DNA of 64,000 bases from a bacterium (GTDB lineage: Bacteria > 4484-113 > JAFGCY01), in the NCBI GenBank assembly GCA_020440605.1, contig JAGRNT010000003.1, forward strand, positions 90,801 to 154,800, written 5' to 3'. The notes under the pieces were generated by a model. That model worked only from the letters and a program-made list of their open reading frames with translations. It had not been told where the DNA came from and did no database searches. Shown in pieces: positions 11,551-20,726 of the stretch; the first letter of the stretch is position 1; every line of letters starts with the position of its first letter. A program made the translations under genes and the position numbers.

Positions 11551-12024
11551 CTAGAGCGCCGTGCCTTCCTGTTCGCGGCGCTCCCGGAGCTTCGTGCTGG
11601 CAGCGGCAGTCTGCACGGCCTGCACGGCGAACATCTGCTTGAGCGGTGTGTACATGATCGTCACGAAGCTGTCGTCAGATCCGGAGATGTAGCCGCGGAT
11701 GCTGAGGGCCTGGCCGTTCATGGGCGGCAGCGCCCAGTAGCCTTCCGCCTTCAGGGCCTGTTCCATTCCGCTGGCAACACTGTTGAAGTCGTTGTCACTG
11801 TAGAAGGCCACGGTCTCCGAGTAGCTTGTCTCGTCGCCATCGGCCACGGACATGAAGACCTGGCCCATCTTCAGGGCCGGGATCGGCTCGGTCAGCTCCG
11901 CATCGGCGGGCAGCTGCATCCCGGCCACGGGCCAGCCGGCGGGCAGCTTTGCAGCGCTACCGCCGCCGTTGCAGGATGCGAGCAGCAGCGTTGCCAGGAT
12001 CAGGGTGGAAAGCAGGATGCGCAT
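11551..12024 (-). CDS. Lipoprotein of unknown function
   Basis: MRILLSTLILATLLLASC lipobox; TAGAAT 7 nt upstream of the ATG. Confidence 0.75.
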   Translation of the reverse strand: MRILLSTLILATLLLASCNGGGSAAKLPAGWPVAGMQLPADAELTEPIPALKMGQVFMSVADGDETSYSETVAFYSDNDFNSVASGMEQALKAEGYWALPPMNGQALSIRGYISGSDDSFVTIMYTPLKQMFAVQAVQTAAASTKLRERREQEGTAL

Positions 12025-12063
12025 GGGGACTATTCTAGTCCAGGGTCCTGAAAGCAGATTCGC

Positions 12064-13191
12064 TCACTCAGCCGACATCGCTGGAAGCTTCCAGACTCCC
12101 TTCTGGAAGTAGTTGAGGTAGCAGCTTCCGTTTTCCAGCAGGACTCCGTCCATTGCCCATATGGCAGGCTCGGCAACATCCATTGTCAGATTCCTGACAA
12201 GCTCCCCGCTGCGAATGTCATACTGGCGCAGCATTTCCTTGTCAACACACAGCAGCCAGGGATATGTAACCCAGAGAAACGCTCCATCATCACTGACCCT
12301 GGCAAACACTTCCTGCTGTCCACCCATGAAGTTGACGATCCTGCCGTCAGCCCAGCACCAGTTGCGCTGACTCACTGGGTCGTACACATTGCCAAGCACC
12401 CGCTCAGCACCGTCGAGCAGCAGTCCGGATTGATTCGTAGCCCAGTCGTAGGTGACGTTGTCCGCAAAGTAGATGTAGTGTCCACCCGGATCGTGCTTGA
12501 AGTATGGCCAGTTCGGGCCAACGCCACTTTCATGGAAGAACACCGTCGACAGGGTCTGTTCACCATCCCAGAGTGTTACTTCCAGCTCGCTTGTCTGGGC
12601 TATGGAATTCGTGACTCCAAGGACTGAATCCCCAACAAGCAGGTATTCCTTGAATTCTGACAAGGGTCTGGTCGGGCGGGTATTTGTATCTTCACTTTCA
12701 CGATCCATCAGGATCTGGACCTTGTCAAGTTCCGCGTCCAGCAGGATGCTCGTATCGCTGATGAACAGCTGCTGCACACCATTGGCACTTCCAGATTCGC
12801 TTGTTGTTGGCAACCACTTGCTCAGATCAAAATTTCGCTGCGAGCCATCTGTCAGATTCCTGACGGTGATAACTCCACCGTGCTGGAATGCAAGCTCATC
12901 TCCGTGGCTGGTCACATTCCGCACGTCGTCGGCAATCCGCTGAATGTTGTCATCCATGCCAATTTCCTGCAATTGGCCAGCGGCTGAGAGTGAAAAGATC
13001 CGGCCACTGCACTCGAGTACCAGGTACTGTGTTTCCTCCAGGACCAGCCTTGCGGATTGTGTGAACTTCAATGGAGCTGTTGAGGATGTGGCTACCTGCC
13101 CACTCGAATGGCTGGATGACTGGCTGGCACCATCATTGCATGAAGCAGCCACTATCAGAGTGGAGAGCATGAATGCAAGCAGGATGCGCAT
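12064..13191 (-). CDS. Lipoprotein, probable divergent beta-propeller
   Basis: Start moved to MRILLAFMLSTLIVAASC; beta-rich body; TAAGAT 7 nt upstream of the ATG. Confidence 0.75.
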   Translation of the reverse strand: MRILLAFMLSTLIVAASCNDGASQSSSHSSGQVATSSTAPLKFTQSARLVLEETQYLVLECSGRIFSLSAAGQLQEIGMDDNIQRIADDVRNVTSHGDELAFQHGGVITVRNLTDGSQRNFDLSKWLPTTSESGSANGVQQLFISDTSILLDAELDKVQILMDRESEDTNTRPTRPLSEFKEYLLVGDSVLGVTNSIAQTSELEVTLWDGEQTLSTVFFHESGVGPNWPYFKHDPGGHYIYFADNVTYDWATNQSGLLLDGAERVLGNVYDPVSQRNWCWADGRIVNFMGGQQEVFARVSDDGAFLWVTYPWLLCVDKEMLRQYDIRSGELVRNLTMDVAEPAIWAMDGVLLENGSCYLNYFQKGVWKLPAMSAE

Positions 13192-13232
13192 GGGGACTAT
13201 CTTAGATGAGGGGATAGGGATGGGAAGAGGAT

Positions 13233-13318
13233 AGTCAATCACTCACTTAGACAGACAGTCAATGTGAGAAGTCTCGCTGCCATGAAGTTGACTTATTGAC
13301 TTCGTGACTCAGTGACTT
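13233..13318. repeat. Degenerate periodic palindrome (AGTCA units facing TGACT units)
   Basis: Left agtcaatc...agacagac-agtcaatg...aagtc; right ttgactta-ttgacttc-gtgactca-gtgactt; intergenic. Confidence 0.5.
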
Positions 13319-13362
13319 GCCATACGCCTCAGCCTGTGAGGCTTGAGCCGCAGCTCCGCCCG

Positions 13363-13836
13363 CTATTTCCCCGTTGCCACTATGTAGGGCGTGTCGCAGT
13401 GCGGGCAGACAGCCTTCAGCGAGCTGCCGGTATAGAGCTGGCCGCTGAGTTTCATCTCAGCGAGGCGCGTGATCAGCACCCCGTACAGCGCGAACACATC
13501 CCCGACCCGCTTGGCGACCACCGTCGTGCGGGACACCCACTCCGGCATGCCGATGTCGTCGCTGTCAATTTCCAGGATGTAGTACACGCTGTCATCATCG
13601 CTGGGACGCTTGCTGAGGCGCAGGCCGCGGATGCGGTTGAAGGCCACATAGGCATGGCGCCGCGACTGCAGCCCCCCGGCCTTGCTCATCCCGGCCACGA
13701 CCTTGATCAGGCGCATGTCCGTGAGCGTGACGCCCTCACCGTTGCTGGTGTGCACTTCGATGATGATGTTCTCGTCAGGCCTCAGGCAATCATTCACTCC
13801 GGCCCCGAGACCGCCGGGCAGCTGGCTGGCTTGCAT
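13363..13836 (-). CDS. Hypothetical protein, possible bacterial PH-like fold with C-terminal CPHC
   Basis: Start moved to MQASQLPG (TATATT 6 nt upstream). DENIIIEV...VTLTDMRLIKV resembles bPH domains. Confidence 0.6.
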   Translation of the reverse strand: MQASQLPGGLGAGVNDCLRPDENIIIEVHTSNGEGVTLTDMRLIKVVAGMSKAGGLQSRRHAYVAFNRIRGLRLSKRPSDDDSVYYILEIDSDDIGMPEWVSRTTVVAKRVGDVFALYGVLITRLAEMKLSGQLYTGSSLKAVCPHCDTPYIVATGK

Positions 13837-13883
13837 GCTAGGAATATAGCAGCGGGAGGCTGAGAGTTTCGGCAGACCGGAAA

Positions 13884-15566
13884 TCAGTATGTGATCCAGC
13901 TGTCCTGGCCGGCATGAATTGTCCGGTCCAGACCATCTATCTCCACTCCGATCTGCCATTCCAGCACCAGCAAGGCCGGTCCGGCCTCTATTGCATTGCT
14001 GCCTGCTGTGGCAGCTTCACCAAGGGCAGCGAGATAATCCTCGACACTCAGCTCAGCGCGCATGTCATGGATCCGAGCATGGTTACCTTCCGGCAGTCTT
14101 ATGAAGCAGTCCATTGTGTTGCCAATGATGAATGTTCCTTCCTGCTCCACGTAACTGAGCGCCAGGTTCCCGGCTACGCCGTCTCGGGCGGAAAGCTGGA
14201 AATCCGGCTGCGAGCTGATCACGATACCCGGCCAGTCCGCATCCTGCATGTCCTCCAGACGCGGGTCATTGCGATCCACGGAGGAGAGCTCGGTGGCGGG
14301 GTCCGCAATCGTGAACTGCATGTTCGCTGAAAGGAATGCCAGGATGATGTCCTGCCGGTCCTCCACAGGGCCGGAACCCCCATTCGCGTGCAGCTCGCCG
14401 AAATGCCAGCTGCGGCGCCGGGCTGTATCCGGCCTGCTGTCCGCCCAGTCGTACGTGAAGTGCAGCATGTACTGCAACTCGCTCTCCAGGTAGCTGGAGT
14501 TCTCTGCACCGGGATTCAGCACCACACTTGGCAGGCTGAAGGCAGCGGAAGAGCGCATGTCCGGTTCCGCAGGTCGCAGCCTGTATTCCGCACCTGAGAC
14601 CAGCGGCCAGCTGAATTCACTCATGGGCTGGATTTCCTGCCATGCCAGGCGCAGCAGGGACTCATCCAGTTCGACCAGCGCTGCATCTTCAGTAAGCTGG
14701 TATTGGCCATACTGCAAGATGTCGTATTCATTGCCCAGCCTGCCGAGCAGCATTGAGTCCGGTACCGAGGCATCGACAAGCTCGTACCCACCGAAATCAT
14801 TCAGGCGGAACTCAAACAGGTGGTCAGCATCCTTCGTGTAATTCAGTCCTGCAAGCAGCTGCTTGATTCTCAATGAGCTCGCATGTGGACCTGCCGCAGG
14901 CATTTGTGCATCTGCAGCGGAGGGGATGAGGCTTACCAGGATTCGCTGTGGAGTGCCCAGCTCAGCATGGCCGGTGTACCAGTCAGCGTATCGGCTGGCA
15001 AGGCCAGCACTATCGCCGCTGAGTGCAACTGGCCGGTCTGCGGTGTACAGAGTAGTGTTCCAGCCAACTGCTATTGCGGAATCACCGTCCTGCCAGTCTG
15101 GATCATTGATGCTGCCCTGCAGTAGCAACTGCATATTCTGGGCATAGCGGTCGCCATCGTAGTATCTTGCATATGGGTCCTCAATCGCCAGCAGGACAGT
15201 CAGGCTGGCCCCGGCGGCAGTGAACCTGAAGGATGCCGGAACCAAGGTCTGTCGCTCATACAGCACACCTGAAGGGAGTAACTGGCTCCTGCCGCTGATC
15301 GGTGAGCTGCCATGGAACTTACTGTCCTGCAGCAGCAGATAGCGGCCTTCCAACTGCGCGGAAAGCATTTCGATTGCCTGCTCGTTTGAACTGTCCGGAA
15401 CTGCGGCCGCACTGAAATCACCGAGTGCCAATCCCGTGATCTCGCGTTCCTGCACTTCCCCCGCATCGGCAGGCTTGCTGGCGGAGGACCCACATGCTGA
15501 TGCCGTCAGCGCAAACAGGACGGCAGGCAGAAAGTACAGTCGGCATCGATTGGTCAACTGGCGCAT
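13884..15566 (-). CDS. Lipoprotein of unknown function
   Basis: Start moved to MRQLTNRCRLYFLPAVLFALTASAC (GAAGGGGG SD); C-terminus LEWQIGVEIDG...QDSWITY. Confidence 0.75.
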   Translation of the reverse strand: MRQLTNRCRLYFLPAVLFALTASACGSSASKPADAGEVQEREITGLALGDFSAAAVPDSSNEQAIEMLSAQLEGRYLLLQDSKFHGSSPISGRSQLLPSGVLYERQTLVPASFRFTAAGASLTVLLAIEDPYARYYDGDRYAQNMQLLLQGSINDPDWQDGDSAIAVGWNTTLYTADRPVALSGDSAGLASRYADWYTGHAELGTPQRILVSLIPSAADAQMPAAGPHASSLRIKQLLAGLNYTKDADHLFEFRLNDFGGYELVDASVPDSMLLGRLGNEYDILQYGQYQLTEDAALVELDESLLRLAWQEIQPMSEFSWPLVSGAEYRLRPAEPDMRSSAAFSLPSVVLNPGAENSSYLESELQYMLHFTYDWADSRPDTARRRSWHFGELHANGGSGPVEDRQDIILAFLSANMQFTIADPATELSSVDRNDPRLEDMQDADWPGIVISSQPDFQLSARDGVAGNLALSYVEQEGTFIIGNTMDCFIRLPEGNHARIHDMRAELSVEDYLAALGEAATAGSNAIEAGPALLVLEWQIGVEIDGLDRTIHAGQDSWITY

Positions 15567-15736
15567 GAATCCCCCTTCAGCTGAATCATTACATGTTTCC
15601 GGCAAGGATGCACTGTTGCAGCTGCCGGTTTTGCCCCGCCTTCCCTGGACCTGGACTCTATCCTGCATGACGTTCTCTGCCCGCCTTTGTTTGGTTTGAA
15701 TGGGTCCAGCCGCCTGCCCGGTATAATCTGCGCGCC

Positions 15737-17278
15737 ATGGGAACAGATGTACAGCGGCCGAAGGTGGCCCTGATCGGGCGGCCGAATGTCGGCAAGAGCA
15801 CGCTCTTCAACCGCCTGGTCGGACAGAAGCTTGCGATCACGGACGATGTGCCGGGGATCACGCGCGACCGGCTGTACGGCGTCTGCGAGTGGGACGGCTA
15901 CGAGTTCGAGGTGATCGACTGCGGCGGGCTGGGCGAGGAGAGCGAGGATCCGCTGTGGATGGCCGTCGCCGATAACACGCTGCGCGCCATGGACGAGGCC
16001 GACCTGATCATCCTGATGGCGGACGCCCGCACGGGCATGACGCTCTCCGATGACGAGGTGCTGAAGGAGCTGCGCAAGCGCAGCGGCAAGCCGGTGATCG
16101 TGGCCGTCAACAAGGTGGAGCATGAGAACCATGAGATCCTCGCGAGCGAGTTCTGGAAGCTCGGCTACAAGGACCTCGTGACGATCAGCGCCCTTTCGCG
16201 CCGCCGCCTGGGCGAGATGCTGGACCTCGTGGTGGCGAATCTGGACTGGTCGAAGTGGCCCGAGGCCACGCCGCAGTTCATGACCGAGCGCTACGGCGAT
16301 GATGATGAGGAGCAGCAGAAGGAACTGGTGCGCGCCGAGCTGGAGGAGCAGGGCATCGAGCTGGATGAGGAGGACTACCCCTTCGCCTGGGTCTCCCGCA
16401 GCGGGCCGCTGTTCGTGCCCGATGAAAGCTGGCGCGCGGAGCCGGTGCGGCTGGCCTTCGTGGGCCGCCAGAATGTCGGCAAGAGCAGCATCACGAATGC
16501 GCTGCTGGGCCGCCACCGGGCGCTGGTCAGTGATCTGGCCGGGACCACGCGCGATCCGCTCTATGCCGAGTTCGAGTTCAATGGCCAGAAGTATGAACTG
16601 ATGGACACCGCCGGCATGAAGCGCATCACGCGGCTCAAGGAAGATGTCGACTACTACTCGATGATCCGCGCCGAGAAGAGCCTGCGCACGAGCGAGGTCG
16701 GGATCCTCACGCTGGATGCCGAGGTCGGCGTGACCGAGCAGGACAAGCGCGTGGCGCAGAAGATCGCGGACTTCTCACGTGCGATCGTGATCCTCGTCAA
16801 CAAGCGCGACCTGATCCCCGAGGGCAATGAGGCGCTGGAGCTCTACAGCGACTACGTGCGCCGCAACCTGCGCAAGCTGCCCTGGGCCGAGGTGGTCTAC
16901 ACCTGCGCGCTGGAGGGCCAGGCCACGGGCCTGCCGGAGCTGCTGGCCGCGGCGGACCGGGCCCGCGAGAACTTCCACCGCCGGATTGACAACAATGCCC
17001 TGGCGACGGTGCTCGAGGAGACGGTGGCGCTCAACCCGCCGCCGATCGTCAAGAACCGCGAGCTGCTGTTCTTCGACTTCCGCCAGATCGGCAACTGTCC
17101 GCCGGCCTTCCTCGTCGAGCTGAATGACAGGATGCTGATCCGCCAGGCCTACCGGCGTTTCATCGAGAACACGATCCGCAAGAACTTCGACTTCCGCGGC
17201 ACGCATGTGCACATGGTTTACTACCAGAAGCTCAGCAAGCGCGCGCGCCTGGCCCGGGCCAGCAAGAGCCGGCGCTGA
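15737..17278 (+). CDS. der: Ribosome biogenesis GTPase Der (EngA)
   Basis: Two G domains (GRPNVGKS...DCGG...NKVE; GRQNVGKS...DTAG...NKRD) and KH-like tail NPPP...CPPAF...FDFRGT. Confidence 0.97.
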   Translation: MGTDVQRPKVALIGRPNVGKSTLFNRLVGQKLAITDDVPGITRDRLYGVCEWDGYEFEVIDCGGLGEESEDPLWMAVADNTLRAMDEADLIILMADARTGMTLSDDEVLKELRKRSGKPVIVAVNKVEHENHEILASEFWKLGYKDLVTISALSRRRLGEMLDLVVANLDWSKWPEATPQFMTERYGDDDEEQQKELVRAELEEQGIELDEEDYPFAWVSRSGPLFVPDESWRAEPVRLAFVGRQNVGKSSITNALLGRHRALVSDLAGTTRDPLYAEFEFNGQKYELMDTAGMKRITRLKEDVDYYSMIRAEKSLRTSEVGILTLDAEVGVTEQDKRVAQKIADFSRAIVILVNKRDLIPEGNEALELYSDYVRRNLRKLPWAEVVYTCALEGQATGLPELLAAADRARENFHRRIDNNALATVLEETVALNPPPIVKNRELLFFDFRQIGNCPPAFLVELNDRMLIRQAYRRFIENTIRKNFDFRGTHVHMVYYQKLSKRARLARASKSRR

Positions 17279-17325
17279 TGCGGCGGTTTCCCGCAATCTT
17301 CACATAGCAGCGCTAGAATTTCCTG

Positions 17326-18048
17326 ATGCGAACTGCGCTCAAGCAGGCGGTATCCGAAGCGGTCGGCACGGCTGCGCTGGTGTTCGTGGGGCTGGCCTCC
17401 ATCGCGATCTTCCTCGGCGATGAAATTGCCGCGATAAGCGTACTGCCGCATCTGCTCAGGTTGCTGCTCGTACTGCTTGGCTTCGGGGCAGTGATCACAG
17501 CCGTGATCCTCTCGCCGGTCGGCAGCATCAGCGGGGCGCACATCAACCCGGCCGTCAGCCTGGCATTTGCCCTGCGCGGAGACCTGCCATGGAAGAACCT
17601 GCCTCTGGTAATTTCCGGGCAACTCCTCGGGGGCTGGCTCGGGGCGCAGGCGGCGGTGGCAATCTGGCACCGCACTCTTGCCGGGCTGTCCTTCGGTGTG
17701 ACACACCACAATGCGCAGTTCCCGCTGTGGGCCAGCATCATCGTGGAACTGGGCGGCACACTGCTGCTGGTCTGGCTGATATTCTGGCTGCTTGCCACTG
17801 GCAAGCGCCGCGAAGTGATTGCAGTCGCCGTCGGCGGCTACATCTGGCTGTTCGGCTGGGCCACGGCCACGATCAGCGGAGCGAGCTTCAACCCGGCACG
17901 CAGCCTCGGCCCGGCGATCGCCGGGCATGACTATCGCGAGCTGTGGCTGTACATCCTCTTCCCGCTGGCCGGTGCGGCGATTGCGGCCATGTGGTGCAGG
18001 ATCGCGCCGGCGAGCTGCGGCTGCAGGATTCAGGAAGGTTGCCGCTAG
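17326..18048 (+). CDS. MIP family channel (aquaporin/aquaglyceroporin)
   Basis: SGAHINPAVS and SFNPARSLGPA motifs, six TM segments; TAGAAT 6 nt upstream. Confidence 0.93.
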   Translation: MRTALKQAVSEAVGTAALVFVGLASIAIFLGDEIAAISVLPHLLRLLLVLLGFGAVITAVILSPVGSISGAHINPAVSLAFALRGDLPWKNLPLVISGQLLGGWLGAQAAVAIWHRTLAGLSFGVTHHNAQFPLWASIIVELGGTLLLVWLIFWLLATGKRREVIAVAVGGYIWLFGWATATISGASFNPARSLGPAIAGHDYRELWLYILFPLAGAAIAAMWCRIAPASCGCRIQEGCR

Positions 18049-18107
18049 AAAAATGGAAACGGGGACCCGCAGGCCCCCGTTGCAGTCATCAAAGCCCCTG
18101 GCAGCAG

Positions 18108-20615
18108 CTAGTGGTAGATCGTGCCGAAGCGGATGAAGTCATCCTCGAAACTCTTGTAGACAATGACGGGCTGGCCGTCGGCTTCTCCCACATCCAGATC
18201 ATCCAGGCCGATGTCATCAAAGGTCGTGAGCAGGATCTCATCGCCCCAGCTGTTGCCTGAGGCGTCCAGTGCGGGCACGAAGATCAGGCGGTGCTCATCG
18301 AGATGTTCATGGAACACGATGAAAGGCAGGCCGCCGGCGATGCCCATGCGCAGCCTGCCGAAATTAGTGGAGCTGGAGACCAGCTTCGTGGCGATCCACT
18401 GATTCTCCTGCACACCCGGCTGGTACTTGACTCGCAACTCATCCAGGCTGGTGTTCTGGGCCACGAAGCAGGCCAGCAGGCCGGACTGCAGCCTGATTGC
18501 ATCCAGCCGGCTTGCGCTGTTCCAGTCACTGTCACTGCCCTGTATCGCGATGCCCCAGCTGCCGCCGTCGGCATCATTGCCTTCACAGCTTCGCCAGCTG
18601 GAGGGGCTGCCGGTGCTCCTGCTGAAGACCGCCAGTGGGCGCCCCACGGCATCCAGCAGCACGGGATTGCTTCCCGTACCCGCGGTGCTGTCCAATGTCA
18701 CCGTCGCGCCCCAGGCGTTGCCCTGGGTATCCGCTGCCCGGGTGTAATAGACGATGTCTCCCCCGTAGTGCAGAATGGCGGGCCGGCCGTTGATCAGCGT
18801 CAGGTCCAGCTGGTATCCGGAATTCAGGCCGCTGTCAATCTCAACAGCCGTGCTCCAGCTGCTGCCATCAGCGGCGGTAGCCCTGGCATACATCACCCCA
18901 CCGGGAGTGTCATCATAGAAGGCCACGGCGGGATTGCCATCAACGACGGCCAGCGCCACCTCGTAGTTGCAGTTGTCATTGTCGTGGACCTTGACCGGAG
19001 TGCCCCAGCTCTGTCCGCTGCTGTCGCCCGCCAGTGCATAGTATGGCAGCTTGGTATCGCCGTCCACGTAACAGAGGGCAGGCACTCCGTTCACGGTCTC
19101 CAGGGTCAGGCCGGGACAGAATCCGCATTCGGCCAGGGGAATGAACTCAGCTCCGCGGACGGTGATGCTGACAGCCGCGACGGTCTGGGCTCCATTGTCG
19201 TCGGTCACACGGATGCGTGCGGGATAGCGGCCGGCAGCGGAATAGGTCCAGCTCGCCCCGGGATCCGTGCCGCCGTCAAGGTCGTAGGTACCGTCTCCCT
19301 CGAAGTCCCATTCATATTTGGCAATGCTGCCATCAAGGTCGATGCTGTTGCCTGCATCAAAAGTGACAAGCTGGCCGATGGCAACATTACTGCTGGAGGC
19401 ATTGATGCCCGCAAACGGCGGCAGATTGGCAATGCTGACCAGCACGCTCAGTCCGCCGAGTGCGGTATATGTGTTGCCGGAGTCATAGCCCCGCACACGG
19501 GGGCGCAGGATGCCGGCGCTGCCAATCGTCATCGTGTACTCGCCGTCACTGGAACCTGCAAGTTCGAAGATGCCGTCACCGTCCAGATCCAGGTCATACA
19601 GCTCAGCTCCGGAAACCGTGATTGTCAGCTCAGTGCCGAGCGGGACCAGTGTGGAATCCGCACTGACGGAGATCTGCCGCTGTGTGTCGCTCTGGATGTC
19701 GGCGGTGATGCTGCCGCTCGCGAAGGGACCGCGGTTGCCATTGATGTCCACTGCGGCCACGCGGATGTAGTAGAAACCCTGGGGCAGAGTCAGTTGATGA
19801 CGGGTGGTGCCCTCCAGGTAGCCGATGTTCCGGACCCCGACCGCATCCGGAGAGTTGAAGCTGGAGCTTGAATAGTAGACTGCATATCCGGCCAGGTCTC
19901 CATCCGCAACCGGATCCCAGGAGAGGTCGATGCTCCCTCCCGTGATCGAGCCTGCGACACCGCTGACCTCGCCCGGGGGATCGGTGTCACCGGCCGGGCG
20001 CAGGGTGAGAGCCAGGCCCACCAGGTCCAGCCCGGATCCATCATGGGTCAGGACAGCCACCCAGGCGTTGCCGAGACTGCTCAGGTGACTGGAATCCGGA
20101 TCGAGCAGGATCCGCACATGGCTGTCAGTGAAGGGGCCGCTCCAGTCCCAGCGGCCGGTGCTGAAGTTGGCAGCGGCAGCGTAGTACTGATTGCCCGGCT
20201 GCAGGTTGGCATCGACGCTGAGTACACCCGGTTCGCTGCCAGCCAGCGGAAAGCGGTGCAGAGTCCATGCGGATGACCCGGCGCCTGACTGGATGCTTAC
20301 CGCTGCGCCGTCCTTGCCGACTGAGCCTGAACTGTCGAAGTAGTCTCGCCCTGCAAGGAAGTCATCATTGACGGACAGGGCGCTGGCAACGGCATTGCGC
20401 GATGGGATCAGGTAGCCATCGGCGTTCAGGCTCTCACCCGGCTGCAGATTGTCAATGGGAAAGCGCGGTTGATCCAGGTTGCCAGCATCGAGATCGGGCT
20501 TCAGGACCGGGTCTGGCCCCGGCTGCGAGAGGCGGCTGCTTCCGGCCGCTCCACCACACGACATCAATGAGCACAGCAGGCAGAGGCCTGCCAGCGAAAG
20601 CAGAAAGCGATTCAT
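18108..20615 (-). CDS. Lipoprotein: conserved N-terminal beta module, FN3, PKD, BNR-like propeller
   Basis: MNRFLLSLAGLCLLCSLMSC (AGGAG SD); GRWDWSGPF; LSWDPV...LAGYAVYY; YEWDFEGDG; repeated xxGxPA(V/I)xF blades. Confidence 0.85.
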   Translation of the reverse strand: MNRFLLSLAGLCLLCSLMSCGGAAGSSRLSQPGPDPVLKPDLDAGNLDQPRFPIDNLQPGESLNADGYLIPSRNAVASALSVNDDFLAGRDYFDSSGSVGKDGAAVSIQSGAGSSAWTLHRFPLAGSEPGVLSVDANLQPGNQYYAAAANFSTGRWDWSGPFTDSHVRILLDPDSSHLSSLGNAWVAVLTHDGSGLDLVGLALTLRPAGDTDPPGEVSGVAGSITGGSIDLSWDPVADGDLAGYAVYYSSSSFNSPDAVGVRNIGYLEGTTRHQLTLPQGFYYIRVAAVDINGNRGPFASGSITADIQSDTQRQISVSADSTLVPLGTELTITVSGAELYDLDLDGDGIFELAGSSDGEYTMTIGSAGILRPRVRGYDSGNTYTALGGLSVLVSIANLPPFAGINASSSNVAIGQLVTFDAGNSIDLDGSIAKYEWDFEGDGTYDLDGGTDPGASWTYSAAGRYPARIRVTDDNGAQTVAAVSITVRGAEFIPLAECGFCPGLTLETVNGVPALCYVDGDTKLPYYALAGDSSGQSWGTPVKVHDNDNCNYEVALAVVDGNPAVAFYDDTPGGVMYARATAADGSSWSTAVEIDSGLNSGYQLDLTLINGRPAILHYGGDIVYYTRAADTQGNAWGATVTLDSTAGTGSNPVLLDAVGRPLAVFSRSTGSPSSWRSCEGNDADGGSWGIAIQGSDSDWNSASRLDAIRLQSGLLACFVAQNTSLDELRVKYQPGVQENQWIATKLVSSSTNFGRLRMGIAGGLPFIVFHEHLDEHRLIFVPALDASGNSWGDEILLTTFDDIGLDDLDVGEADGQPVIVYKSFEDDFIRFGTIYH

Positions 20616-20726
20616 CCACATCTCCTGAATAACTCGATCAATATGCTGATGCAACTGCAGCGTGCGGCACAGCTGCGCATCTAAACCCTGCCGGGAGGCT
20701 CAGGCCGGACTGCACGGCAGCTGCAT

